DNA of 32,000 bases from Xanthomonas campestris pv. campestris str. ATCC 33913 (GCF_000007145.1 NC_003902.1:1327436-1359435), one strand, 5' to 3'. Positions 1 through 12,468 are shown, counted from the stretch's first letter. Numbers and translations are program-made. Notes: generated by a model from the letters alone, not told the origin.

Positions 1-700
1 GCGAAACCAATGCGTGCACCACGCCCAGCGGCGTGCGCACCGGCACGTCCCAGTGCGATTTCGACGACAGCCGCAGCTGTGCCCAGACCGCATCGTTGTA
101 GAACGGGCGCCGGGTGGCCGGATCGACCGGGCGCAGTGCGCCGGGCAGCGCGCTCCACTTCAGCAACTGGAAACTGCGCACTGCCTGCGCATCGATCGGA
201 TAGCGCGACAGCACCAGCATGCCGTATTGGCCAGGGTGCAGCCCATAGCCCCAGGCATCGTTGCCACGGCTGCGGCCATCGCCGCCAACGCTGCCGTTGT
301 TGTCCAGGTCCAGGCCGCTGGGCACGCCGGTATTGACCGGTGCCAGGTAGCGATATGGATACGACAATGCGTCGCCACCGCCGGGCTGGGCCACTTGCAG
401 ATAGCGTTGCTGGAATAGATCGGCCGCACGATGCGCAGGGTCGAAATCGAACTCGTTGAGCAGCACCAGGTCCGGGCGCACGCGCTGCAGCACGGCGGCG
501 ATCTTGCGCGCATGCGCGCTGTCGCCCTGCAGTTCACGCACCAGCCCGCCGGCCTCGTCGGAGTACAGCGAGGTGTTGTAGGTGGCGATGCGCAAGGGGG
601 CGGCCGTGGTGGATGCAGCGCTCTGCCCGGTCGGGGCGGTACGGTGGGCACAGGCGGTGCAAAGCGCGGCCAGTGCAAGCAATAAGACAGGTCTGATCAT
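1..700 (-). CDS. Endonuclease/exonuclease/phosphatase (EEP) family protein with N-terminal signal peptide; partial, the 3' end runs off the left edge
   Basis: Absent from the ORF track because it has no in-window stop. The reverse-strand ATG at 700-698 translates by hand to MIRPVLLLALAALCTACAHRTAPTGQSAASTTAAPLRIATYNTSLYSDEAGGLVRELQGDSAHARKIAAVLQRVRPDLVLLNEFDFDPAHRAA... and stays open to position 1. It has a hydrophobic leader with Cys, then the LRIATYN...LLNEFD pattern typical of EEP-fold phosphodiesterases. Confidence 0.75.
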   Translation of the reverse strand, partial: MIRPVLLLALAALCTACAHRTAPTGQSAASTTAAPLRIATYNTSLYSDEAGGLVRELQGDSAHARKIAAVLQRVRPDLVLLNEFDFDPAHRAADLFQQRYLQVAQPGGGDALSYPYRYLAPVNTGVPSGLDLDNNGSVGGDGRSRGNDAWGYGLHPGQYGMLVLSRYPIDAQAVRSFQLLKWSALPGALRPVDPATRRPFYNDAVWAQLRLSSKSHWDVPVRTPLGVVHALVS

Positions 701-747
701 GGCGCTATTCTCGCATGCAGCATGCGACAGACCGATGTCGCGTGGCG

Positions 748-1506
748 CTATCGGGCCGAGCCCTGGGCCGCGGGCAGGCCGCGCCAATGACGGCCGTCGT
801 AGGCTTCCAGCGCGTTGAAGCGGCGCTTGTAATTCATCTTGGCGTGGCCTTCGATCCAGTAGCCCAGATACAGGTGCGCGCGGCGTTCGCGCCTGGCCCA
901 CTGGATCTGTTCGAGGATGGCAAAGGTGCCCAGGCTGCGTGCAGCCGCATCCGGTGCGTAGAACGTGTACACCGCCGACAAGGCGTGCTCAGTGACATCG
1001 GTCACCGCCACCGCCAGCAGCCGGCCGGGCACATGGTCGACGGCCGGTTCGCGGATTTCCAGAAAGCGCCCGTGCGACCAGCCGCCGATCAGGAACTGAT
1101 CGAACTCGGCCGCGCCGTGCGTGTCCATGCCGCCGCCCGGATGCCGGTGCTGCAGATACTGGCGATACAGCGCCAGCTGCTCTTCGGTGCGTTCCGCGGC
1201 GACCACGCGCACCACCAGATCCTGGTTGCGCGCCAGGCAGCGGCGCTGGCTGCGGTCCGGATGAAACGCATCCACGGCAATGCGCACCGGCACGCAGGCG
1301 CGGCAGCGTTCGCAATGCGGGCGGTACACAAGATCGCCGGAACGACGAAATCCCCACGCCAGCGCCTGCGGATAGAGCGCGCCCAGGCGTGGATCGTGCG
1401 GGTCCAGCACCAGGTCGCGTGCCTGGCGATCGGACCAATACCCGCAGGCATGCTCGCCGGTCTGGAACAGGCGCAGGTCGTCGTGGGTGTCGGCATGGAT
1501 GGCCAT
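748..1506 (-). CDS. bpt: Aspartate/glutamate leucyltransferase (bacterial arginyl-tRNA-protein transferase homologue, N-end rule)
   Basis: This is the C-terminal 252 aa of track ORF 748..2319(-), starting at the ATG at 1506: [36 protein letters not shown]...[24 protein letters not shown]...[20 protein letters not shown]. Length and motifs match the ATE/Bpt family. The upstream 270 aa of the ORF is low-complexity read-through antisense to the EF-hand gene. Confidence 0.9.
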
Positions 1507-1704
1507 GCGCGCAGGATAGCGCCTGCGCGTCGCAACGGCGGCGACTGTCCGCTGGATGAATGCGCCCGGTTGGCGCGTCAACGGCGGCGGCAATCGCCCG
1601 TTGATGTGGATGTTGGTGGCAGCGCACGGCGCGTCCGGACGCACCACCCACGCGATGCGGCCCATGCAGTGCCGCGTGTGGTTTTCACATCCAAGGAGTT
1701 TCTC

Positions 1705-2298
1705 ATGACGTCCCGCAAACCGTTTCTCGCCCTGGCCGTGCTGGCCGCGCTGTCCACCGCCAGCGCCTTCGCTGCCACCCCGCCTGCCGCAGGCGACGCA
1801 CCGCGCCCGGCCAAGCTCGACACCAACGGCGATGGCGTGATCGACCGCAGCGAAGCGGCCGCGGACCCACGCCTGGCCGCCAAGTTCGACAGCCTGGATA
1901 CCAACAAGGACGGCAAGCTGTCGCGCGACGAACGTCCGCACCGTCGCGGCCCGGGCCGTGATGGCCGCGGCGAAATGTGGGCCAAGCTCGATGCCAACAA
2001 GGACGGGCGCATCAGCCGTGACGAAGCCAAGGCCGACCCCAAGTTCGCCGCGCGCTTCGACCAGATGGACATCAACAAGGACGGGTTTGTCGACCGTGCC
2101 GATCGCGAGCAGCGCATGCAGCAGCACCGTGATGCCTGGTTCGCCAAGGCCGACACCGACAAGGACGGCAAGCTGAGCAAGGCCGAGTTCGATGCGGCGT
2201 CCAAGTTGCGCGGCGAACATGGTCCGCGGGGTGAACACGGCGAGCGTGGCGAGCATGGCAAGCGCCCGATGCCGGCCAAGCCGGCGGCCGGTAACTGA
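1705..2298 (+). CDS. Secreted EF-hand calcium-binding protein (five DxNxDG loops)
   Basis: AAGGAG at 1693-1698 precedes the ATG at 1705. The signal peptide is [23 protein letters not shown]. The five 12-residue EF-hand loops are [48 protein letters not shown] and [12 protein letters not shown]. This is the C-terminal 197 aa of track ORF 715..2298. Confidence 0.88.
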
Positions 2299-2363
2299 TC
2301 GATAGGAAGGCCCACGCATGCCCTGACGAGAGGGGCTCAGCCAGGGCGTGTGGCGATGACTGG

Positions 2364-2390
2364 CAACACGGACAACACGGACAACACACG
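2364..2390. repeat. Short tandem repeat, about 3 copies of a 9-mer (CAACACGGA CAACACGGA CAACACACG)
   Basis: Read directly in the intergenic sequence downstream of the EF-hand gene. Confidence 0.7.
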
Positions 2391-2435
2391 TAGTCGCAGC
2401 TCAGCAACACCGTAACAAGGCGCCGATCGACCGAC

Positions 2436-2469
2436 GGCCTTCTGCAACTGCAGGAGGCCGTTTCTTTTG
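2436..2469 (+). terminator. Rho-independent terminator between the convergent EF-hand and ECF sigma genes
   Basis: The stem ggccttctgca/tgcaggaggcc (one G-U pair) is followed by gtttcttttg. Confidence 0.6.
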
Positions 2470-2507
2470 CAGCGCGCATTCTCAGCGACAACGTAGCCAT
2501 GCCCACG

Positions 2508-3710
2508 TCACACCAGTCCCAGCACCCCATAGCGGTAGGCGATGGGCACGATGACCGCAGCCAGGCTGACTGCAATTGCGCTGCGGCTGAACATGCAGCG
2601 GTACAGTAACGGCGGGCGGGTGGTGCCGCGTCGACGCGCGTCGCGCTCCAGCATCGGCTGCATGATGCGCGGCAGGGTGCCCAAGGTGTGGTAACAGACC
2701 ACCGACATGCCAACTGCCAGCACGCAGAGCGCCAGCCACTTGGGCGCACCGAACGCCCGCAGCAACAAGGGTGCTCCACAGGTCAGTGCAGCGGTCAAGG
2801 TGCTCAGGCGAGTGAAACCACGAATCGCAGCGGCTTCCCGCGCGGTGGTCGCAAAGCGCAACAGATACGCGCCAGACATGTAGGTTGTCAGCGTCACGCC
2901 CGTGATTGCGAGCAAGGCGATTGCCATCGGCATGCCGAGCAGGACGCTCAGCGCACCGGCGGCACTGCCACTGGTCAACGCCGATCCGCTCAGGCCGCTG
3001 GCACCCAGTTTGCCGACGCCGCCGAGACTGCCAATCCCCCCCAGCGCAATCGCCGCGCTTGCCGTTCCGGGCGCGGCGAGCATCGTGGCAGCGGTCACCG
3101 TGGTGGCGAAGGCTACACCCGGTGCACTGCCGCGTGCGAAGGTGTCAAAGCGCTGCAGCAGTTCGTTACGCACGGTGGCACGGGCGCGCGACAGGCGCTT
3201 GCGCACCGCCGCATCGCTGAGCCCGAGCAGGCTGGCCACCTGCTGCGAGCGCTGGCCCTCGCGGTAGTACAGCAGCAGGATCTCGCGGCTGTCGTTGGGC
3301 AGCGCGGACATGATCTCCAGCGCGGCGCGCTCTTCTTCCACCTGCAGGGCCTGTTCGGCCGGCGAGGGCGAAGGGTCGGCGGCCATTGCGATGGCCAGAT
3401 CCGCCGCCTCACCGCTCAGTGGGCGATGCCGGTGGCTACGCAGCCAGTCGCGCGCCAGGTTGCGGGTAATTTGCCGCAGCCAGGGCAGGAAGCTGGCCGG
3501 TTGATGCAGCTGCGCCAGCCGCTGCCACGCACGCAGGAATGCTTCCTGCGCAATGTCCTCGCTGGCCGCTACATCGCGCGTGATCGCCAGCGCGATGGCG
3601 GTGACCGTGTTCTGGCAGGCAGTCACGATGCGGCCGTACGCCTGCTGACAACCCGCCGCGGCGTGCGGCAGTTCGTGGTGGAGCATCGCGTCCAGGGTGT
3701 CGGCGTGCAT
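2508..3710 (-). CDS. ECF (group IV sigma-70) RNA polymerase sigma factor fused to a C-terminal polytopic membrane domain
   Basis: 400-aa ORF with an ATG at 3710. Region 2 reads DIAQEAFLRAWQRLAQLHQPASFLPWLRQITRNLARDWLR. Region 4 reads REILLLYYREGQRSQQVASLLGLSDAAVRKRLSRARATVR. About 215 further residues follow, containing about five uncharged hydrophobic segments (for example AGALSVLLGMPMAIALLAITGVTL, WLALCVLAVGMSVVCYHTL, AIAVSLAAVIVPIAYRYGVLGLV). Confidence 0.85.
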   Translation of the reverse strand: MHADTLDAMLHHELPHAAAGCQQAYGRIVTACQNTVTAIALAITRDVAASEDIAQEAFLRAWQRLAQLHQPASFLPWLRQITRNLARDWLRSHRHRPLSGEAADLAIAMAADPSPSPAEQALQVEEERAALEIMSALPNDSREILLLYYREGQRSQQVASLLGLSDAAVRKRLSRARATVRNELLQRFDTFARGSAPGVAFATTVTAATMLAAPGTASAAIALGGIGSLGGVGKLGASGLSGSALTSGSAAGALSVLLGMPMAIALLAITGVTLTTYMSGAYLLRFATTAREAAAIRGFTRLSTLTAALTCGAPLLLRAFGAPKWLALCVLAVGMSVVCYHTLGTLPRIMQPMLERDARRRGTTRPPLLYRCMFSRSAIAVSLAAVIVPIAYRYGVLGLV

Positions 3711-4083
3711 CGTCGGAATCCGTGTCCAGGTACCAGCATGACGCAGTTGCCTGGCGAATGTGACCGCTCGCTGCGTCAGCGCGTAAGCGTGCTGGACTGG
3801 TTCCCTGGAGCCGTTGCATTACTTGGAGCAGCTATAAAAACGACTGCGCAGGCGCCAGGCGGGCGCGGCCGGTGCTCGGAATCGGCATGTACGCCCGTAC
3901 ATTCCGGTTCCTCCGCGCCGTCCGCACCCATCTGACGACTGCTCGCTCCGTTTTGTTAGCCGCTCTTAGCTATGGTCGCCAGATCGACTGCGGCATCGTG
4001 GCCACGTCGTGCGATGACCAACGCGCGCCACTATGCCAGGCGATGCGCATTGGCGCCTGCGCGGCCGATTGGCCACGCGCCAA

Positions 4084-4590
4084 TCAGCTGGCCGGCTGGA
4101 TGCGGACCCGTGTCTGGTCTTCTTCCGCGGCGGGCGCTTGCGGTGTTTTTGCCGGTGCCGGTTGCGCTGCCGGCGTGGCCGCCGGTGCCTCGGGCGCTGC
4201 GCGGTGACGCATCACCACCACCATGGCCACGGCGCCGATCACCAGCAACAGCACCAACCGGATCCGCCAAGCCCAGCTGCGCGCGCTGGTGCTTGAGCCG
4301 GTCTCGCCCTCGCGGAAGGTGTATTCCACGTTGGGCATGTCACGGCGCGTGGTGTCCAGCAGGCGCGCATCGCGCAACAGTTCGCGCGCACGTGGTTGGT
4401 CGTTGGCGTGCACGATCCACACGGTTGGATGCGCCTGCGCATTGCCTTGTTCGAGATAGCTGAACTGGCCGCTGCGCTTGCTCTGGTAAGACCGGCCATT
4501 GCTGATGCGGATCTCGATTCCGGCATTGCGCAGCAGGTTGGCCACGCCCTCGGCGGTTTCGATCCGTTGACTGCTGAAAATCTTGCGCAT
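4084..4590 (-). CDS. Hypothetical single-pass membrane protein with a small N-terminal DUF2007-like domain and a Pro/Ala-rich tail
   Basis: Track ORF 4084..4635(-), with the likely start at the internal ATG at 4590 (MRKIFSSQRIETAEGVANLLRNAGIEIRI...). It has one hydrophobic helix (IRLVLLLVIGAVAMVVVM) and then APEAPAATPAAQPAPAKTPQAPAAEE. The family assignment rests only on pattern resemblance. Confidence 0.6.
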   Translation of the reverse strand: MRKIFSSQRIETAEGVANLLRNAGIEIRISNGRSYQSKRSGQFSYLEQGNAQAHPTVWIVHANDQPRARELLRDARLLDTTRRDMPNVEYTFREGETGSSTSARSWAWRIRLVLLLVIGAVAMVVVMRHRAAPEAPAATPAAQPAPAKTPQAPAAEEDQTRVRIQPAS

Positions 4591-4853
4591 TAGGGCGTGC
4601 CATCGATGTCTGTCGCCACTGCGCTGGGCGCGCAATTGCTTAGAACGGGAGAAAGAAAAGGGGCTGGCGGTGCAGTGCGTGCCGCCTGTGTGCGTGGGCG
4701 AATCCGCAGTAGCGCGCGGTTACCAACTACGGTTGTTGCGGCGCTAGACGCGGCACGGGCCGGCCTATCGCGCAACATCACTGCGCCAAGCGCTCCCCCG
4801 CGCGGATGTATCGCCCATGCAGTGATCACGGCCGGTTGCAGCGATCGCACGTG

Positions 4854-5759
4854 TCAGTCCTTGGCCGGCACGGCGGTGGCACTGCCGTCACGCACTACCC
4901 GGATCAATCCTTCCTGGGTGGTGCTGGCCACCAGCACGCCGTCGCGGGTGAAGAACTGCCCGCGCGCCAGGCCGCGCGAGCCCTGTGCGGTCGGGCTATC
5001 CAGCGAGTACAGCAGCCAGTCGTCGGTGCGGAACGGGCGATGGAACCACAGCGCGTGATCGAGCGAGGCCATCTGCACGTTGGGCGTGTAATAGCTGATG
5101 CCGTGCGGAAACGTCGAGGTGCCCAACAGCTGGAAATCCGATGCGTACGCCAGCAGTGCCTGGTGCAGGCCGACGTCATCGCCCACCGGGTCGCTCAGGC
5201 GCAGCCACATCTGCTGGAATGGCGGCCGCTTGGGCGGCTTGAGCTCGTCGCGCGGGAACACGTGGCGGAATTCGAACGGGCCGCCGCGCGAGAGCCAGCG
5301 CTGCACCTTGGCCGGCAGGCGCGCCAGCACCTCCGGTGCCAGCGGCGCGGTGGGTTCGATGTCCTCCGGCGGCGGCACCACCGGCATGGCCGACTGATGC
5401 TCGGCGCCGTCTTCGCGTTCCTGGAACGAGGCCGCGCAGAAGAAGATCACCTTGCCGTGCTGAATCGCGGTAACGCGGCGCACCGAAAAACTGCCGCCAT
5501 CGCGGGTGCGGTCCACGTCATAGACGATGGGGTGGTCGATATCGCCGGCGCGCAAAAAATAGGCGTGCAGCGAGTGCGCCTGGCGGCCGTTCTCCACCGT
5601 GGCCTGGGCCGCGGACAGGGCCTGGCCCAGCACCTGGCCGCCGAACACGTATTTGGTGCCGATGTCGCGGCTCTGGCCACGGAACAGGTTGTCTTCCAGC
5701 CGCTCCAGCGAGAGCAGGCTGATCAGTTCGGAGACCACGGGTTCGGCGTTGGCGGACAA
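4854..5759 (-). CDS. tesB: Acyl-CoA thioesterase II
   Basis: 301-aa ORF that aligns by eye with E. coli TesB (LLSLERLEDNLFRGQS...VFGGQVLGQAL...HSLHAYFLRAGD...PIVYDVDRTRDGGSFSVRRVTAIQHGKVIF). The start is uncertain: the track start at 5759 is a TTG, and a GTG 21 nt downstream is an alternative. Confidence 0.9.
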   Translation of the reverse strand: MSANAEPVVSELISLLSLERLEDNLFRGQSRDIGTKYVFGGQVLGQALSAAQATVENGRQAHSLHAYFLRAGDIDHPIVYDVDRTRDGGSFSVRRVTAIQHGKVIFFCAASFQEREDGAEHQSAMPVVPPPEDIEPTAPLAPEVLARLPAKVQRWLSRGGPFEFRHVFPRDELKPPKRPPFQQMWLRLSDPVGDDVGLHQALLAYASDFQLLGTSTFPHGISYYTPNVQMASLDHALWFHRPFRTDDWLLYSLDSPTAQGSRGLARGQFFTRDGVLVASTTQEGLIRVVRDGSATAVPAKD

Positions 5760-5789
5760 GAGGCTGGCCTGAGCGTGCGACGGAGCACA

Positions 5790-5795
5790 ATTATA
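5790..5795 (-). promoter_or_regulatory. Candidate -10 hexamer (TATAAT on the minus strand) for tesB
   Basis: The plus-strand sequence attata at 5790-5795 sits 31 nt upstream of the TTG start, in the 54-nt gap after the enoyl-CoA hydratase stop. No convincing -35 was seen. Confidence 0.3.
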
Positions 5796-5813
5796 GCGGC
5801 CCGCCTGTGCGTG

Positions 5814-6584
5814 CTATGCCTTTTGCAGGCGCGCCACCAGCCCATGCAGTGCGGCCTGCGCGTCCGGCGCGTACCAGCCGTCGATGAAGCGCTCCAGCTG
5901 GATCAACTCCGGCGCCAGCGCCGCGCGCAGGTCGGCACGCGCCACCGCGCGGGTGGCCAGCATCGGTTGGCGCGGCAACTGCTGCAGGTCCTGCAGCCAG
6001 GCCACGGCGCGCGCGGTGACCAGCTCGCCATCCACCAGCTCGTCGACCAGCCCGATCTTGACTGCCTCTTCGGCCGGCACCAGCTGCCCGGCGATCAGCA
6101 GGCGTTCGGCGCGGTGCGCACCGACCACGCGGCGCAACAGGCGCTGGATGCCTTCCGGCGCGGCCAGGCCGACCTGCACTTCATTCAGACCAATCGCGTA
6201 CGGCCGCGCGGTATCGGCGCTGCGCGCCATCACCCGGTAATCGCAGCACAACGCCAGCACGCAACCGCCGGCCGGCGCGTGCCCGCCGATTGCCGCGACC
6301 ACTGGCACCGGGCAGTGCGCCAGCGCGTTGGCCGCATCGAAAAACGCTGTCCAGCTCTCCAGCAGCGCGCCGCGGTTGGTGCCATGCGAGAGCAGGTGCG
6401 GCACGTCCATGCCACCGGAAAAAATACGTTCGCTGCCCGACAACACCACGCCGTCGACCTCGCTTCCCACCTGCTGCACGGCGGCAGTCAGTGCCTGGCA
6501 TAGCGCGGTATCCAGCGCATTGACCGGCGGGCGCGCCAGACGGATTTCGCGAAGACGGCCGTGGTCAAGGATCTGGATGCTCAT
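5814..6584 (-). CDS. Enoyl-CoA hydratase/isomerase (crotonase) family protein
   Basis: The internal ATG at 6584 of track ORF 5814..6731(-) is preceded by AGGAG on the minus strand. The protein begins MSIQILDHGRLREIRLARPPVNALD and contains ...FSGGMDV...VVAAIGGHAPAGGCVLALCCDYRVM, the crotonase-fold oxyanion-hole pattern. Confidence 0.88.
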   Translation of the reverse strand: MSIQILDHGRLREIRLARPPVNALDTALCQALTAAVQQVGSEVDGVVLSGSERIFSGGMDVPHLLSHGTNRGALLESWTAFFDAANALAHCPVPVVAAIGGHAPAGGCVLALCCDYRVMARSADTARPYAIGLNEVQVGLAAPEGIQRLLRRVVGAHRAERLLIAGQLVPAEEAVKIGLVDELVDGELVTARAVAWLQDLQQLPRQPMLATRAVARADLRAALAPELIQLERFIDGWYAPDAQAALHGLVARLQKA

Positions 6585-6750
6585 GTGGGGCTCCTGAAAG
6601 TCTGGCCATGATAGACGGCCGTCGCTGCACGCGGTGCGTGCATGCAAACGCGCTGCTGGATGCATTGCCGCCGCTGGCGCGCGCGCAGGCACAGTGCAGC
6701 ATCCAGCGCACGTGGGCGCCAGCTGTTTCACCGGGGGCGAGAAACGCGCG

Positions 6751-6784
6751 AATAAAAAACGGCGGCTCCATAAAGAAGCCGCCG
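6751..6784 (-). terminator. Rho-independent terminator ending the uvrA-thioesterase transcription unit
   Basis: The minus strand reads cggcggct-tctttatgg-agccgccg followed by ttttttatt. The 8-bp GC-rich stem spans 6760-6784 and the T-run corresponds to plus-strand 6751-6759. Confidence 0.8.
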
Positions 6785-6817
6785 TATGTCATTCACCCGC
6801 GTCTGCGTTGCGCGCGA

Positions 6818-7221
6818 TCAGCTGCTCGCGGCGCGTACCGCATCCGGCAATGACGCGCTCTTGCCGGTCTGGGTATCGATCCACACCACCACCACGTTGC
6901 CGTCCGAATACAGCACGCCCTCGTCCTTCTGGTCGAGGATGCGGTGTCCGATGGTCACGCTGCTGCTGCCCAGGCGTTCGACGAACAATTCCACCAGGAT
7001 GTCATTGGGCCAAACCAACGGCCGCTTGTAGTTGACGTTGGTGGCCGCGACCACCGGTGCGATGCGATCGGTCATCGCCACGCCTTCCACGCCCAGCATC
7101 CAGCGCACGCGCGCTTCTTCCAGGTAGGAAATGTATTTGGCGTTGTTGACGTGGCCCATGCTGTCCATGTCGCGCCAGCGCACGCTGATCGGAACGCGTG
7201 CCAGGATCTTGTGTTCGCTCA

Positions 7222-7222
<1 letters not shown>
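6818..7222 (-). CDS. Acyl-CoA thioesterase, YbgC/FadM (4-hydroxybenzoyl-CoA thioesterase, hot-dog fold) family
   Basis: 134 aa. The sequence VRWRDMDSMGHVNNAKYISYLEEARVRWM matches the 4HBT catalytic Asp region. Its start codon shares one base with the uvrA stop (TGATG). Confidence 0.85.
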
Positions 7223-10188
<2,966 letters not shown>

Positions 10189-10386
10189 GGGGGATCCGAT
10201 GTCGGGCCGGCGAACCGGCAGTGGTGCGAGCGTGCTCAGCAGGAATGAGTGGCAGTCGATCAGCCTACCCGCCGAGCTAGGTGAGGGCAATTGCCCCAAA
10301 TGCCAGTGTGACCGAGCGCTTGTGGCGGCCGGATGATCCGTTTCACGGGGGTGATTTTGGCCTGCGGCGGCAGACCTGCTTGCGGG

Positions 10387-10416
10387 TTGACCCGAAACCG
10401 GCTAGGGCAGTACAAT
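10387..10416 (+). promoter_or_regulatory. Sigma-70 promoter for rplU-rpmA(-obg): TTGACC-N18-TACAAT
   Basis: ttgacc at 10387-10392 and tacaat at 10411-10416, followed by a GC-rich discriminator (cccgctcc), about 65 nt upstream of the rplU ATG. Confidence 0.6.
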
Positions 10417-10480
10417 CCCGCTCCTGTCTGCCCCATGGGCAAGTCAGGCGACCATAATAACTACAGAGGAAAACCTGGTC

Positions 10481-10801
10481 ATGTACGCAGTTCTGGTAAC
10501 GGGCGGTAAGCAATACCGCGTCGCGCAGGGCGAAACGCTCCGCGTGGAAAAACTCGAAGTCGAAGCCGGCAACGAGATCAAGTTCGACACCATCCTGATG
10601 TTGGGTGATAGCGACGGCATCAAGCTGGGCGACGCGCTGAAGGGCGCTTCGGTCACCGCCAAGGTTGTGGCCCATGGCCGCGCCGACAAGGTGCGCATCA
10701 TCAAGTTCCGCCGCCGCAAGCACCACATGAAGCGTCAGGGACACCGTCAGTACTACACCGAAATCGAGATCACCGGCATCGCCGGTGGCGACAAGAAGTA
10801 A
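10481..10801 (+). CDS. rplU: 50S ribosomal protein L21
   Basis: [25 protein letters not shown]..., 106 aa, with AGAGGA upstream. Confidence 0.98.
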   Translation: MYAVLVTGGKQYRVAQGETLRVEKLEVEAGNEIKFDTILMLGDSDGIKLGDALKGASVTAKVVAHGRADKVRIIKFRRRKHHMKRQGHRQYYTEIEITGIAGGDKK

Positions 10802-10813
10802 GGAGAACCAGTC

Positions 10814-11074
10814 ATGGCACATAAAAAGGGCGTAGGTTCCTCGCGCAACGGTCGCGATTCCAACCCGAAGTACCTCGGCGTCAAGATCTTCGGTGGCCAG
10901 GCCATCGATGCCGGCAACATCATCGTGCGTCAGCGTGGCACCCAGTTCCATCCGGGCGCTGGCGTCGGCCTGGGTCGTGACCACACGCTGTTCGCGCTGG
11001 TCAACGGCAAGGTGGAATTCACCACCAAGGGCCCGAAGAAGCGTCGCACCGTCAGCGTGGTTGCCGAGGCGTAA
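10814..11074 (+). CDS. rpmA: 50S ribosomal protein L27
   Basis: [24 protein letters not shown]...[13 protein letters not shown], 86 aa, with AAGGAG upstream. Confidence 0.98.
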   Translation: MAHKKGVGSSRNGRDSNPKYLGVKIFGGQAIDAGNIIVRQRGTQFHPGAGVGLGRDHTLFALVNGKVEFTTKGPKKRRTVSVVAEA

Positions 11075-11124
11075 TCGCCCGCTCCATGCAGACCAGCCCG
11101 CACGGCAGTATTGCCTGGCGGGCG

Positions 11125-11150
11125 AGACGGAGAGCCCCGCTTCGGCGGGG
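11125..11150 (+). terminator. Rho-independent terminator/attenuator after rpmA
   Basis: ccccgc-ttcg-gcgggg followed by tttttcgttt. Confidence 0.8.
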
Positions 11151-11162
11151 TTTTTCGTTTGA

Positions 11163-12377
<1,215 letters not shown>

Positions 12378-12393
12378 GCGCAGACAGGCGCCC

Positions 12394-12453
12394 ACAAAAA
12401 AACCGGCCAAGGCCGGGTTTTCTTGTGCCATCGAAAGCCAGGCTTTCGATGGC
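12394..12453. terminator. Convergent-gene terminator region (obg/rpsT): a bidirectional A7-hairpin-T-run plus a second perfect hairpin
   Basis: The first hairpin is aaaaaaaccggccaaggccgggttttctt. The second, gccatcgaaagcc-a-ggctttcgatggc (12427-12453), lies just after the rpsT stop. Confidence 0.75.
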
Positions 12454-12468
12454 GAACCTGCTGATCGC

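Noticed and set aside
715-1704. N-terminal two-thirds of the 527-aa plus-strand ORF 715..2298.
   Set aside because: It overlaps bpt in antisense. The real EF-hand gene begins at the ATG at 1705, which has an AAGGAG ribosome-binding site and a signal peptide.
4806-6503. 565-aa plus-strand ORF overlapping tesB and the enoyl-CoA hydratase gene.
   Set aside because: It lies antisense to two genes with clear family motifs. Its translation is Arg/Ala/Gly/His/Gln-rich low complexity with no recognisable domain, the typical stop-codon-poor antisense frame of a high-GC genome.
10189-10299. N-terminal extensions offered by the ORF track for uvrA. The same applies to obg 11223, lspA 18764, ispH 19448, cyoA 20976, cyoB 21988, cyoD 24497, DUF805 29066, enoyl-CoA hydratase 6731 and the small membrane protein 4635.
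   Set aside because: In each case an internal start reproduces the conserved family N-terminus. The upstream extension is low-complexity or crosses intergenic signals such as terminators, promoters or repeats.
10189-10480. Search for a LexA/SOS box upstream of uvrA.
   Set aside because: I saw no TTAG-N6-TACTA-like dyad, nor the E. coli CTGT-N8-ACAG, in the divergent uvrA/rplU region. There is no evidence for an SOS operator here.
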